A stretch of 64,000 nucleotides of DNA, taken from the NCBI GenBank assembly GCA_951406725.2, contig OX597823.1:59768001-59832000 (forward strand), written 5' to 3'. This document shows positions 12,471 through 25,680 of this stretch, one piece after another. The notes beneath the pieces were generated by a model. It ran no database searches. It saw only the letters and a program-made list of their open reading frames with translations, and was not told where the DNA came from. This stretch comes from Octopus vulgaris (taxonomy: Eukaryota). The first letter of the stretch is position 1. Every line of letters begins with the position of its first letter. The position numbers were made by a program, and so were the translations under genes.

Positions 12471-13359
12471 TTTGGTTTGGCTCAGGTTCGGTCTTATTCT
12501 TGGTAGGAATTTTGTGGATAGCGGGATACTACCTATAACTTTAGGTATCCACAAGTTTTCAGCTGTCGTTCAAGTGATTAGAACCCTCCTGATAACCCTT
12601 ACTGTCGTCAAGAGACAAATGTTCTGCAGAAGACCTACCGGGCACTCTATTACAATCTTATCCTGCCATTATTCTATATATTGGGTCATTGTGCCTAATG
12701 CAACAATTATTATAGGCACAACCTTTATTGTTTACATGCTCCAAATTCCAAATTTCAAATTTTAAGGGTTTTTTGTTTGCTTTTCTTACTTTTTCTTTAC
12801 AACCCTGGAATCAAATGAGCGTGATGGGTTGATAAGTAAGCAACTTCGCTTTTCCTTAATGTCTGGTCTGTTATTTTCTAATTTCTTGTCCGTTTGAATA
12901 GGAGAGTCTCACAAAATCTTACATTTCTCCGACTCAAGCACGCTTTCGACTTGATGATTGTACCATGTGTTTCTAGCTTCAAATCCCTATTTCTGGCATA
13001 GTTTCCAGTGTATAACTTTTACAACCTGGTCGTGCCTCCATTTCTAATATCTTTCCTGTGTCAACTTGGGGCATTCTGCCACAATGTGTGCTATGTCTCA
13101 TCCCAAATTCCACAGGCTCTACATTTTCCTGACACATTCTCACCGTATATATTTTTTCCCAAGTTGTTTGTTTATATCGCTTGATCTGGACTGCTACAAT
13201 TAGGTTCTCAGTTTCTTTTTTTAAATGCCCCTTTCTTAGTCAAGCCCAGGATTTTGTTCCTCGTACGTTTTCAGTGGCTCTCCAAACTTGACAATGCAGA
13301 GGTTTCTTTTCGATCTGTCTGACGTGCTCTCATAGTATTTCCTTCTTGTCATTTTCTCC

Positions 13360-13360
<1 letters not shown>
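12471..13360 (-). mobile_element. Dong/R4-like RLE non-LTR retrotransposon 3' fragment, degenerate
   Basis: Pieces LKKETENLIVAVQ, CRACG..HIVAECPKL (CCHC), RHDQVVKVIHW, VVPIIIVALG, LQNICLLTTVRVIRRVL; TTA repeats on both sides. Confidence 0.85.
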
Positions 13361-13434
<74 letters not shown>

Positions 13435-13435
13435 C

Positions 13436-13582
13436 TTATTGTCTTTTCACAACTTCTAACGCAGGAGATGTACTACGGCGTCAGCCATTCACTACCAGTG
13501 AACTAGGGTAACACCCCTTATTTTTAGAGTACCATTCGAAATATTCGAGCGGTTACAAGCAGTACTGTTTTCTGCAAGTGTT
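13436..13582 (-). mobile_element. Dong/R4-like extreme 3' end, same family as 52053-53876
   Basis: CTTCTAACGCAGGAGATGTACTAC..AGTGAACTAGGGT..TGTTTTCTGCAAGTG matches 52055-52192. Confidence 0.8.
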
Positions 13583-13589
13583 TTGCAAT

Positions 13590-13985
13590 TTTGAAAAATG
13601 AAGGAGATAAGCTGATATCGTCAAACACAGTACTTCATTGGTACTTATTTTTTCAATCCTGAGATAGCAAAAGCAAATTTGCTTCACCAGTATTTGGAAT
13701 AATATTGTAAAGATTCGGAACTAAACACCAAAATGTTTTTTGAATCCTCTAAATATTTTACAAATCCATTCCTACTAATCGTTATTTCTAGGTACAAGGC
13801 AATTTTTAAGGGAAGGGAAGGGGTTAGTTGATGACCTCGAAATCCTCCCACTCCATCCCTCAGTACTTGACAGGTGCTTTATTTTATCGGAATGAAAGGC
13901 AAAATTAATTTCAGCAGAATTTCAATCCGGAGCATTAAGTGTTGTGTATTTTTCTAAGTCTTTAACGAGTCTACCAATCCACTGT
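13590..13985 (-). mobile_element. Two degenerate SINE family B copies
   Basis: GGTACTTATTTT and GAATGAAAGGCAAAA..GCAGAATTT core motifs. Confidence 0.55.
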
Positions 13986-14005
13986 TCCAATGATAATAAT
14001 AATAA

Positions 14006-17000
14006 ATGTTTCGCAAACAACTTGCACTTGCAAGTGCTACCAGTCGAAAGCCCCACATACCGGAAGCCAGCAAGTATATGGGGGTCATCAGAAGAGAATG
14101 CTCACCGTTTCGCTGCCTACCTCTCGACGACATCATTGTGCACCAGCCCGTCTCGCTGAAATGAGGCTTCGCTTGCCAGATCAACTGGTTATCAGATACA
14201 GCTCAATATTCTTCCAGTCATCGCTCATCGTCTCTTTTTAACAAAACCAAGTGGCTTGCCTTTTCCACTGTAGTTTGGATATCACTCATGGTGGTATTTG
14301 CTTTACAATGAGTAAGGCCTAACGATAGCAACAGTCACCTCCCTCTGTGTCCAACGAATCCTCTACATCTGACTTCGTTTGGAAAATTCTCCGCTTTCCA
14401 GCCTGCTACTTCACATTCCTCGAAGAGGTTTTCATTACCGTCAATCTTTCGAACCTGAGTGGCGTCCATGTTATCTTCATGGGGAACCATTAACTCGACT
14501 AGATTTGCCGCTTTCTGTCTTTCACACAATATTATGATATCCGGTCTCTTCGTAACAGGGATGGGAAAGAACCCTTGGCACCCTGGTAAATCTGCAGCCA
14601 CTTCCCAATAGCCATTCCACTTTTCATTGCTCACAAGAAGTTACTTCTTCTTGAAACGGATCTGCAATCCCGATCGCGCAAAGGTAATGAAATCTCTGGT
14701 TGGTTCTTTCAATGTTTTTTGGATTTTTTGCCGCTGTTGATACGAGAAATTTGGTTCTTTATAGCATTGAAGATAACCTTAAGGACCAGATTGTGTCTCC
14801 ATGTATATCTATTCAATGCCAGTGAACAGTTGGAAAGAATATGTTTCAGTGTTCCGACTTTTCCGCATCTGCATATATCATTTTCCGAGATATTCCATCC
14901 TACTAGGTTTGTAGGCGATGGCAAGACATCGTAGGATGAACGAATCAGAAAACTTAGCCTAGATGTGGTCCACCTCCATATCTCATTCCAAATTATTTTT
15001 CTCTCAACAACGTGTTCCTCCCATTTTGTCATCTGTCCTTGTTGATCGCATTGGATCAAAAAGATCTCTCTTTTCTATGTTTTCCTTGCTTTGGCGCTGT
15101 TGCTAACAACAGATCTGCACTCGCTCCGTATCATGCTTGCAAACGGTCTGAACCGATCTGCACCAAGTCCGAGTTTCGTCCGATGAATATGTGTTGCACC
15201 CACCATATCTCGGTGTGTAAGTGAATACAGGATGTCATCAGGCTCTGCTTCTGCTTTCCACTTTCTGGCTGTTTTTACATCTGGTGGATTTCTCCTAATT
15301 TCGACATCCTTTGACTTTCTCAGTATCATTACCGTTGTACCTTCCCTAATTTATAAATTTCGACTATTGACGCCAGTGGTAACTTCAACAAGCCTCTTTT
15401 ACGATAGAGAGCTGAACTGTTCAATATCCGAGGTAGGCCTAAACACTTTCTAATGAACACATTACTTTTGTTCAATGATTTGAACTTATGACAATGCTAT
15501 CTCATATTAGAAGTTGCCATGAAAGGCACGGATACAAACCGAACTGTAAGGACCATATCCTATATTTAACTAGTAGCTTTGAGCTATCAATTGTTGTTAA
15601 CCTACCCTCGGCTTGTTTCATAATTTGCATCCAGCGACTCCTATCTGACAATGTTCCAGCATATATACACCCCAAGCTCTTAACGGGTTCTTCCTTGACT
15701 GTTGGAATACTTTCTTCAGCTATTTTAAACTTAACTTCTTTTTGCACTCCCTTAATAAATGTCAGACTACGCGACTATTTTAGCCTTGAATCGCATCCTT
15801 AATCGCTTTACAAGCTCGTTTAACCTCAAGAGGCCACTCTGCAACATTTTCTTGTCTGTCGACAGAAGTGTGACGTCATCCATAAAGGCATTCTTAATTT
15901 ATTGTGCATAGGTGATTTGTTCTGAAAAGTCAGCTGCTTTCAAAATTATCTCCATGACTAGGATAAAACACGTGACAGATATTGTGTAGCCAGAAGCAGT
16001 GTCAATCTCCATTGGGTGCTAATCTGTTGTAAAATTTCCAGCTGTAAACCTCATCTCGAATCTGTCATAATTTATCGTCATTAATCTTGTTACTTTCACC
16101 GGAATGTGGAAGTGGTCCATGGCTCTCACAAGTAATTCGCGAGGCACTGAGCCATATGCATTAGCTAGATAATGCCATACCACGTTCAGATTTGTCTTGT
16201 TCTGTCTGACATCCTGGATCGCTTTCCAAATCAAAAAATAATGCTCAACGCATCCGAGGAATGTGAAGAAGCAGGCTGGAAAGTGGAGCATTTTCCAATC
16301 GAAGTCGGATGTAGAGGATTCGTTGGACACAGAGGGAGGCAACATATTCCACTACTCTGTATATCAGCCATTGTTCTCCTTGAGAGAATTCCCATAGAAA
16401 TCTTGCCTTTCACATTCAATAAGGATATTGGCCTAAACTGTTTTATAGTTTCTGCATTAGCCTCCTTCGGCAAGTATATGCCTTCTGCCTTACACCAATC
16501 CTCTACTGGAGTTTCATCGCACCACAGCTGTCGGAGCAGTACAAAAAGCTTCTTTCATAGACGATTGCAATATTTATATGCTTTATACGAGACACCATCA
16601 CCTTCTGGGATACCCTTTGCTCTAGCTTTTCTCACAAAATCATTCACTTCTTTCTCCTTGATGTCCCCAATTTGAAATTCGAAATCAGGTTCTAAGAAAT
16701 GCTTTAGCCCATTAATAGGTGGAAGTGGCTGGTTAAGGTTTGGATCGCCGTAGGCTTCTTTCATATGAGCATCCAATTCTTCTCAGTGCACGATAAGGTG
16801 CTACTCTTAATTTCAGTGAACAGCTTCTTAGTAACCTCGTACGAATTTTCCAGAAACTGTTCACACGTCCTTTTGCGTTCTTTTCTTCGTTCATATCAAC
16901 AGATATGCCGTTGCACATAACGGCATTTCCTTTTTAGATATTCGTACAGCTGTACCAGGCCATGTTTTTCGTCTTCCTCCGCCCATTTCCATCGCTTTCT

Positions 17001-17410
17001 TAAGATGTTCTTTTCCTTCCTCAACTGTTTCATTTTCCTGATCCTCCTGCTTGGTCCACACTTTCCTTTCACTAATCGGGTTCCATATTTCATTCCTAGT
17101 AATTCTTTTTCTGTATCATATATTGAACTTGCTAACTTTCCCAGTTTCCCCACTGCAGATCTTGTCACTCTATACAGAGCTTGACATGCCTTGTTCTCAA
17201 ACTCTCTATAACTTCCTTTCTCATTAGCAGCAGGCCACTGAACCCTCAGTTTCCTCTGAGTACTATCTGATGCATCAGTCTCATAACCTGCAGTTTCCTG
17301 TCTTTGCTGTAGCATCTATCGATCTGTAGTGGCTCGAATCCGAGGATGATTTGCCACGTGTTTTACGATCAGTTGATCCACACTGCTCTGTCCTCATCTT
17401 ACAAGTCTTA
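14006..17410 (-). mobile_element. HERO-type RLE non-LTR retrotransposon, frameshifted (RT, CCHC finger, RLE)
   Basis: QFRPISLLNVKGKI, GCVEH..LANAYGSVP, AFMDDVT (15870-15890), QGQMTKWE..RLSFLIRSSYDVLPSPTNL..C.CG..TLKHILSNC..RYTWRHN, RPDII..VELMVPHE, EVRCRGF. Confidence 0.9.
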
Positions 17411-17430
17411 TAATAAAAATAATAATGATG

Positions 17431-17508
<78 letters not shown>

Positions 17509-17528
17509 GCAACAGCAGCAGCAACAGC

Positions 17529-17586
<58 letters not shown>

Positions 17587-17605
17587 ACAACGACAACAGC
17601 AACAA
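17411..17605. repeat. Compound (AAT)n-(AGC)n-(AGT)n microsatellite
   Basis: Visible directly. Confidence 0.95.
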
Positions 17606-17953
17606 TAAAAATGACAAACAACAAAAGTTTCTGCAACATTTTTGTATGTATATGGTTTCTTCAGTTACTGTATCTCTTCATATATGTAAATTTGTGTTTA
17701 TAACATGATCTCATCTTTTATTTCAGTAAATGATTTTTTTTTTTTTGCTTTCCAAAAGTGCTTTACGTACTAAAAGGAACAATATTTCTTCATATAATAG
17801 AAATACAAAGATGTTTCATAAAACATTGTTACTATGCATTCACTAATTCCACTGACTTTCTCATTGCATTGTTGAAACCTCATTCAGACTTGATAAATAT
17901 TTTTTTGGTTTTCTTTTACGTTTTAGTAGCTATTTTGTCCTCATTTTCTTAAG

Positions 17954-17990
<37 letters not shown>

Positions 17991-19538
17991 TATGTCATAT
18001 AAAATAAGGTATTTGCATTCTTTTTGAATCCAAAATTTTAAAATCATATGACTTTTACTTCCTTTTTTTTGTGAGTTCTTGAATGCTATTATCAAATGTT
18101 GAATTATTTTTAAAGTAGGATTTTAATTTTTCTTAGTTTCTAGTTTGTTGGAAATTTAAATTTTTCCTGTGTTTATTATGTGTCTATTTCTGTGTGTGTG
18201 TGTGTGTGTCTTTGTACATGTGTGATCAATGACTCTAAATTTTACTTGAATGACTCATTTAAAGAACTATTGATTAAAAACTATATTATTTATCTACAAC
18301 AATCTATTCAGACTCATTTTTATTTCAATGATTTTTTTTCTTACATGGTGATTATTTATTTTATTTTAGTTTATCATTTGTTTATTTATCTGTTTGTTTA
18401 TTTATTTATTCATTTATTTCTATCTACCAATGAATCACTAATTGTGGAAAATGTAAAAGTAATTATCTCTTTTAAGTCCTTCAGTTCTAGCACTGAATTT
18501 TAAACAAGAAATTCTGTGTAAGTTGTGTTAAGTATTGTTTCACTTTCACTATTATAGCATTCATTGTCAGAGAAGTTGTTTATATGAGACAGGTAATGAC
18601 CTCTTATATATATATAGTAGTACTAAAGTACAATAGCTTTTTAACAATAACAATAATACACATATAAAATTTCACGGCGTAGAATTAAATTTCAGTGAAA
18701 CAAGACAACAATTCTAAAAGAATTCATAAAGGTATTTTTAAATAATTTTCTAAAGAAAAAAATAATAATAAATCAGCTGTTTACATAGAGATTTTTCAAT
18801 AATTTTTTTTTTTCACCATCATACAATTCGAAAATGATTTTCTATTGAATAAGTTGAAACATTTCTACTATGTATGTATGTGTGTGTGTGTGTGTCTATA
18901 TTGGAATGTCAAATATATTTTGTCTCGTTTTTTTTTTATCTCTTTCTTTCCTTCCACCCTTCAATGTGATTATTCAAGTCTGATTGACATAGAAAAAAAA
19001 GGAAGAAAGAAAAAATAAATAGATTTTTTTTTATTTTACTTTTCTGTTCGAAAATAATTGTCAACAATTAAAGTAAGGAATGTTTGTAAGCTAGCAAAAT
19101 ATCCAATTTAGTAATTTACCATCTTTTATTGATTCTTGTGGTTTTCTGTTTTTATCTGAACATTGAAAGAAAAACTAAAACCTATTCTGAAATTAGTTTG
19201 ATGATAATTGTTTTCTCATTTCATCAGATTACTCAGCAATAAATTTATATCTCACCAGTATTTCTGTAATTTCTCTTGTTCAATGTTTGTTTCAGAAGAC
19301 CAAAATTTGAATCAATCCTTTGACAGAAAGAAAAGCAACAGTGCACCAAGAATATTATATATTACAAAGAGTATAACAAAAGATATTTTAGGTATATAAC
19401 TGCAGTGTTATTTAGAATTGAAAGCTTTTTCAGTAGTTTACTAAAATGAAAAGATAGATATTGTAGAACATGCACAAATGTCTAAAGTAATATTAGCATG
19501 ATATCAATCGTGTTGTCAAATAATATTTAAGACTTTCA

Positions 19539-19732
19539 TGGTGATGAGCTGGTAGAAACGTTGGCACGTGGGGTGAAATGATTAGCAGTATTTCGTCTTT
19601 CTTTATGTTCTGAGTTCAAATTCTGCCAAGTTTTGACTATGTCTTTTATCCTTTCAGGATCGATAAATTAAGTATCAATTACATATTGGGGTCGATCTAA
19701 TCGATTGGCCCCCTCCTAGAGTAGAAAAGAAT
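19539..19732 (+). mobile_element. SINE family B
   Basis: GAGCTGGTAGAAACGTTGGCACG head, GAGTTCAAATTC B-box-like, ATCCTTTCAGGATCGATAAATTAAGTA core. Confidence 0.8.
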
Positions 19733-20195
19733 ATTTAGGACTTCCATAATTCCAGTCTCTGAACAATGAGATGGTATCTATTGTAAGAATTATTAAGCAC
19801 GTATTGTACAGTGCTTGGCTCGTAGGTACAAAATGCTAACTCGAGATCTATTCATGACTTTTCTTGTGTCACATGCAAAAGGTTTCTTGCAAATGAGAAA
19901 GGAATTGTATTGCCATTGACATTAGTAACGCATTTAAACATAACAAGCTTGATATCTTTCTGATAAAGTAACAACCAGTGCAGCTTCATCAGAAAGATCA
20001 AGACATAGCCAACATACAATGGTGAATTGGCAAGAATTCCCCATAGCAGGTGTTTCAGCTCTCACTACTCTGAATTCAAAAACTGTTGTGGTCAACATTG
20101 CCTTTCAAGCCTTCAGGATCAATAAAAAAATGTACCATTCAAAAAGTTAGCAAATTGACAAAACTGTAAGAGGGTCAGACAAGATACTTTGTTAA

Positions 20196-20415
20196 CCCAT
20201 TTGTTACCATATTTCTGTTGAGATGCTCTGTTTGATTCAAATGATTTTAAATATAACAAAGAATTTAGTAAAATAACTTAGTTATCATTCAGCTAGTGTT
20301 AGGAACATAAATTGTGACTAAGATTTAGTGGAATATCTTAATTCAAAACTTTTGAAAACAAGATATTTGTGCTACAGAGCCAGAGGCGGTTTCAGCCAGT
20401 TTGGTAACAAAAGGG
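20196..20415. mobile_element. piggyBac-type MITE with TTAA target duplication
   Basis: TTAA-CCCATTTGTTACCA ... TGGTAACAAAAGGG-TTAA. Confidence 0.85.
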
Positions 20416-20519
20416 TTAAATCTGTTCTAGCTTGTTGTGACTTTTTCAACAGTAATCCCTGTTAGTGACAAGGGTAACAATATCCAGGTGCAGTAATGAA
20501 TAGCTTATGTAAAGTGTTG

Positions 20520-22200
20520 TTACCTCTTGTGAGCCTGATGATTACTTTGGATCATTTTGAATCCAGCATTAATCTCTGGGTGTTTGAAATCATCAGTGTT
20601 GAAAAAATATAGCTGTGAGGATGTCAAAAAGTGGTTTGCCTTGATGGTAGTTTGAGGAATAGTAAATACTTTCAAGTGGAAGTGTTGATGTGTGTATACA
20701 AATGTCACAGAAAAATATTCCTTGATGCAACTGATTGAAATTGTCACCAGAAATTGCTGGAAAATTGTGAAAACACAGATCTTCAAACATCACCCACCCC
20801 TCCCTTGTTTCTGTTAGAATGGTCTTTGTGAAACAAGTTTTGACCAGCTATGCAAGACAAAAATCGCAGATTAAAGAATGTGCATGCATTTCTGTGACTA
20901 TAAATATATCAGTGAATACTTCGAATGTAAGGGTCAGAAACATGGACTTTTTGCACAGGCATTTATAACTGGATTTGAACCTATATTATCCATAGAAAAT
21001 GGCATATTATTCTTGTTTATTTTCCCAAGGATTTTGCATTGCGGCACATAGTTTGTCTAACATTTTCTTTTCCATGTAAGGCTAGATCTGGCAAATTTCC
21101 AGATCTGTCTACCATAATTTAGACTTAAACTCTCGTTTTTGCATTGAGTTTATTGTTCAAGAAGCTACAATTTTTATATCAGGTGGTAAACGAGGAAGAG
21201 TTTGATAAGCCATTTGATCTTGACTAGCCTAAATCAGATGCTAAATGGTATGCATGGGCCTTGATAGAATCTAAGGCGGTGAGCTGGCAGAATCGTTAGC
21301 ACTCTGGGCGAAATGCTTAGCGGTATTTCGTCTGCCGTTACGTTCCGAGTTCAAATTCTGCCAAGGTCGACTTTGCCTTTCATCCTTTTGGGGTCGATAA
21401 ATCAAATACCAGTTACGCACTGGGATCGATGTAATCGATTTAATGTCCTTGTTTGTTCCCTCAATGTTTAACCCCTTGTGGGCAATAAAGAAATAAGAAT
21501 TCAAGATGGTCAGTATCACTAATCTAGGTTTTGGTCCCAGTCAACTCAGATGGTGAACAGTTTTTGGAAAAACATAATTAAAATCCTTGGATGAGTCATG
21601 GGTAAATGTCTGTAGATCAAGGATTTCCTCACGTACATTCTATAGCAATCACATCAAGCTTGGCAAATTCTGTAGCTTTCTCAATGTATCTTGATTTTAT
21701 CATAGCTGTAGGAAAATTTGTAAGAAAGACAATCCAATATGATCTCTCATGGTTCTTTTCTGAACATTTTGTTTTACTTTAATATCTGCTATCTCAAACT
21801 TCAAATCAGAGATTGATTGTCAAATATTCACAATTTCCCAACAGGTAGCTGATTTCTGGATTTCTGCTCTATTGTGACGGTAGAAGACACAAAGGTCAGG
21901 TACTGAAAGGACCGATTTGGTAATGGGCCATTACCCACAGCCCATCCATTCCATTATAGATTCATAATGTGACTTTTATTGCACTGGAATTTTCTCCGTT
22001 ATTTTTTCTTTTTTTAACTGGAATGTTTAAACATTAAAGGCAGATAGATACATGATGTTTACTGCATTCAATATGTTGACTTCAAAACACTTTCGTGCAA
22101 AGTTTTGTGCAAAGGTGTCAAATGTGGTTCTCAGTGCATTTTTCAATTTTAGAACAGCAACTAGTTTTGTTGCATACTTCACTCATAAATGAAGACATGG
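20520..22200 (-). mobile_element. Possible ancient hAT-like transposase relic, interrupted by a SINE
   Basis: Higher-complexity sequence with scattered minus-strand pieces (LCTKVF..KHH, FSMDN, FHNFPA) loosely similar to hAT-group transposases; many stops. Confidence 0.3.
21273..21500 (+). mobile_element. SINE family B, well preserved
   Basis: AAGGCGGTGAGCTGGCAGAATCGTTAGC, GAGTTCAAATTC, GGTCGACTTTGCCTTTCATCCTTTTGGGGTCGATAAA; many copies in the window. Confidence 0.9.
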
Positions 22201-22512
22201 CAATTTATTCTAATCTAAATATCAATGCATGTAATATCTAAGAATCTAATACACATTAAACATATTATATAAATAAAGTATCTTTATTACATTGTAGGTG
22301 TGGACATACAAGTAAATCTCATTACATACAAGTATTTATTGAGAAGTAATGAATAATATGCTAGAGTGACAGTATATTTCTGAAATAAATGCAGTTCACT
22401 GTGTGCAATGAAATCTTGTGAAATTATAGACAAGACATATTTATCAATTCATGTGTACATACACCTGCATATATGATGATAATAATAATATTAATAATGA
22501 TAATAATAATAA

Positions 22513-22550
<38 letters not shown>

Positions 22551-22576
22551 ACGATAACGATAGTAATAATAATAAC

Positions 22577-22688
<112 letters not shown>

Positions 22689-22690
22689 AT

Positions 22691-23107
22691 AGGCGCAGGA
22701 GTGGCTGCGGGGTAAGTAGCTTGCTAACCAACTACATGGTTCTGGGTTCAGTCCCACTGCGTGGCATCTTGGGCAAGTGTCTTCTGCTATAGCCCCGGGC
22801 CGACCAATGCCGTGTGAGTGGATTTGGTAGACGGAAACTAAAAGAAGCCTGTCGTATATATGTATATGTATATATATGTGTATGTGTGTGTGTTTGTGTG
22901 TGTGTGTTTGTCCCCCTAACACTCCTTGACAACCAATGCTAGTGTGTTTACGTCCCCGTCACTTAGCGACTCGGGAAAAGAGACCGATAGAATAAGTACT
23001 GGGCTTACAAAGAATAAGTCCCGGGGTTGAATTGCTCGACTAAAGGTGGTGCTCCAGCATGGCCGCAGTCAAATGACTGAAACAAATAAAAGAGTAAAGA
23101 GTAAAAG
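22691..23107 (+). mobile_element. SINE family A, full length with internal (TG)n
   Basis: GGCGCAGGAGTGGCTG head, GGTTCAGTCCC B-box-like, CTTGGGCAAGTGTCTTC core, CCAGCATGGCCGCAGTCAAATGACTGAAACAA tail with TAAAGAG repeats. Confidence 0.9.
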
Positions 23108-23109
23108 AG

Positions 23110-23270
23110 AGCAGGTGTGACTGTGGTAAGCAGTTTGCTTCCCAGTCACATGGTTCCCGGTTCAGTCCCACAGTGTGGCACCTTGAGCAAGTGTCTTCTG
23201 TTATAACCTCAGGCCGGCCAAAGCCTTGCCAGTGGATCTGGTAGATGGAAACTGAAAGAAGCACATCGTG
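23110..23270 (+). mobile_element. SINE family A, 5' half, in tandem with the previous copy
   Basis: Matches 22695-22855. Confidence 0.85.
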
Positions 23271-24011
23271 TATGTATATACATATATATATATATATGTG
23301 TGTGCGCGTGTGTATTTATGTATGTATGTATATGTAGGTATATGTGTGTGCGTGTATATTTATATATATATATATATAATTATAATAATGAGGGTTTATT
23401 GCAACAATTTGCGTAAAACACATACCGAAAATATTAGAAATAGCAGTCAAAGGACTACAGTTTCCTTTTACTACAAAAATAAGTCTCCACAGACAACAAT
23501 ATTTGTGACTCACTTATGGCAAAAAAAGAAGGAAAACAACGAAACCACACAGTCTTCGGATTAATTATATATATATATTTGTGATGGGCTCACATTGCTC
23601 TCATACACAAGTGAAATATATTTACATTCGCCATGGTCTTGCACGATTGATGTCAACTTGTGAAAGGTTTCATTAAAGTGAGACTTAGATCAAATTACAT
23701 GTGTGTGATATATTCATATTGTTTTAAAACAAAATGTGGATCCAGTTACTGAAGACAAGTACCAGTTTACATATTCTTAGAAGTTGGATATGTATCTGGT
23801 AACAAAGAATGTACGTACATACATAAAAACATACATATATATAATTTCTGTCATTTGCTTGAGTTATACATATCATATATATTATGACATCCTAGTATTT
23901 TAAAATTATAACTGAACAATCATTATCATTATTGATGTAAGTTATTTTCAAAAGTGAAGAGAAACTGCTTACTTTAAAATTTCTACAGATATACTATGTA
24001 AGTATATATAT

Positions 24012-24174
24012 ACACGCATTTTTTCTCTCCTTGTTTTTTTTCTGTGTATCTTTCTGTCGAAGAGAGTAGGGTCGAAACGTAAAAGACTTTTTCTATTTCT
24101 ATTCCTGAGCGCTATACATTTGTTTGTTTGTACTCCGCCTGCCTTCGTCTTTTGTTTATTTTCGTAAACTTTCC

Positions 24175-24178
<4 letters not shown>
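24012..24178 (+). mobile_element. Short Penelope-like derived repeat with variant hammerhead-like core
   Basis: TTT-CTGTCGA-AGAGAGTAGGGTC-GAAAC-GTA-AAAG; inverted relative at 35490-35670, tail fragment at 40010-40062. Confidence 0.65.
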
Positions 24179-24214
<36 letters not shown>

Positions 24215-24755
24215 TCAGTAAATCATAAATCAAAGAAGAAGCACACTCTAAGTTATAGAGCAGTAGAATATATAGATAAAGATAGATATGACCAATTTAT
24301 GGGGTTACCCAGGGTTTCATGCCTATAAAGTACTTAGCTTTGCAGCGTTTCTTTAGACTCTAAACCTGTTAGCCTATGGCATCTCTAGCAAATGGCCTCT
24401 CTAGAAAAAAGGTTGGCATCATTCAAAAACCGCACCACTGGTCACAATATGCTTCCTTGCATTCTGGCTAGCAGTGCATAGCGACATCACAACATCCAGT
24501 AGTCTGGTCGCTGCAGTGGTGTGTATGTGTGTGTATTGTATACTGTTCCATGAAAATAAGATCAACAACAAAAGCACTCCATCTCTTATTCTATTGTCCT
24601 GTTGTATCTTATGTCATGCGGGCAGAGCCTGAGGGTTGCATGATCTCACCAGACATGTTATAAAATGGTGTCTGAGTTGTTTTTGTTGCTTGAAACTATT
24701 AGATCACAAAAATATGTACTGCGTTTATTAAATTATAAATTTTATTTATATATAC

Positions 24756-24812
<57 letters not shown>

Positions 24813-25015
24813 CAGACATATATACCATCAACACTAATAACAATAGCGATATTATTGTCGGTGGTATTACTGGTTGTATTACCATTAATAATACTAATAA
24901 TAATAGAAATAGTGTAGTTGTTGGCGCTAATAATAATAGTAACAACAATCATAACAATAAAAACTTCGTTTCGATCTCGGAGGACAACCCCAGCAGAATT
25001 AAATTTTTGTCTAGT

Positions 25016-25396
25016 AATTCTAAGATTAAGAATTCTATTTACCAGTGTAGAATTTCTTCCGGTACCGATGTCTTCTTCTATATAGGAGCGTCCACTTCCC
25101 AGTTATCCGAGAGAATTTCAAACCATTATTCAACATTCAGGGATAGTAAAAAACGGCATAGTACAGGGCTAAGTAAATTAGTTTGGCGTCTTAAAGACAA
25201 CAATATAAATTTCAAGTTAGATTGGTTCATACTGTCTGTATCCTTTCCTTTTGATAAGGGCAGGAGATTTTGTAACATTTGCAACTCTGATCTCTTCCAT
25301 ATTATCTTCTCTAGGGTTCCCCTAGTAAACACACTCATAGAAAAATCATACAAATGTAAACACTGGCAGAACCATACTTTCTACTCATATAAATGA
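25016..25396 (+). CDS. GIY-YIG endonuclease domain of a Penelope-like element (open C-terminal part of ORF 24665-25396)
   Basis: SIYQC..YIGAST..ERISNHYSTF..STGLSKLVWRLK..W.I..CNIC..VN..E..CKH follows the PLE endonuclease pattern; the ORF N-terminus is microsatellite. Confidence 0.8.
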   Translation, partial: NSKIKNSIYQCRISSGTDVFFYIGASTSQLSERISNHYSTFRDSKKRHSTGLSKLVWRLKDNNINFKLDWFILSVSFPFDKGRRFCNICNSDLFHIIFSRVPLVNTLIEKSYKCKHWQNHTFYSYK

Positions 25397-25680
25397 TAAC
25401 GATAGTCACTGTGGTTTGAACAATTAGCTTCACGTCCACCCCACTTCAATAGCGAAATTCTTTCCTAAGCCTTCGAACATTCTTTCAATCAACGTACCCT
25501 TTCCTCTCCACTTGTTCCCTACCTATTATTCCTTTAACCCTTCTCTTCCTACTATCTATCTTTGACGTCAATTCTTCTAACAGTTTTAAAAAAAAAAAAA
25601 ACACTCATTATCGTTTTGTTTACCATGTAGGTAGTCATCGAAATTTTTGTTTGTCTTGTTGTCGAGAGAGGCTCCCTTTC

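Noticed and set aside
16172-16675. 167 aa plus-strand ORF containing FPIEVGCRGF
   Set aside because: Antisense to the HERO RT; the motif comes from the 85 bp inverted patch.
17346-17708. Poly-N/S/I/L ORFs (also 22451, 43261, 53915, 56352, 63299)
   Set aside because: Trinucleotide microsatellites, not proteins.
23446-23495. Minus-strand CTGTGGA..GAAACTGTAGTC hammerhead-like string; weaker ones near 1118 and 33156
   Set aside because: Core and stems are too degenerate to support a call.
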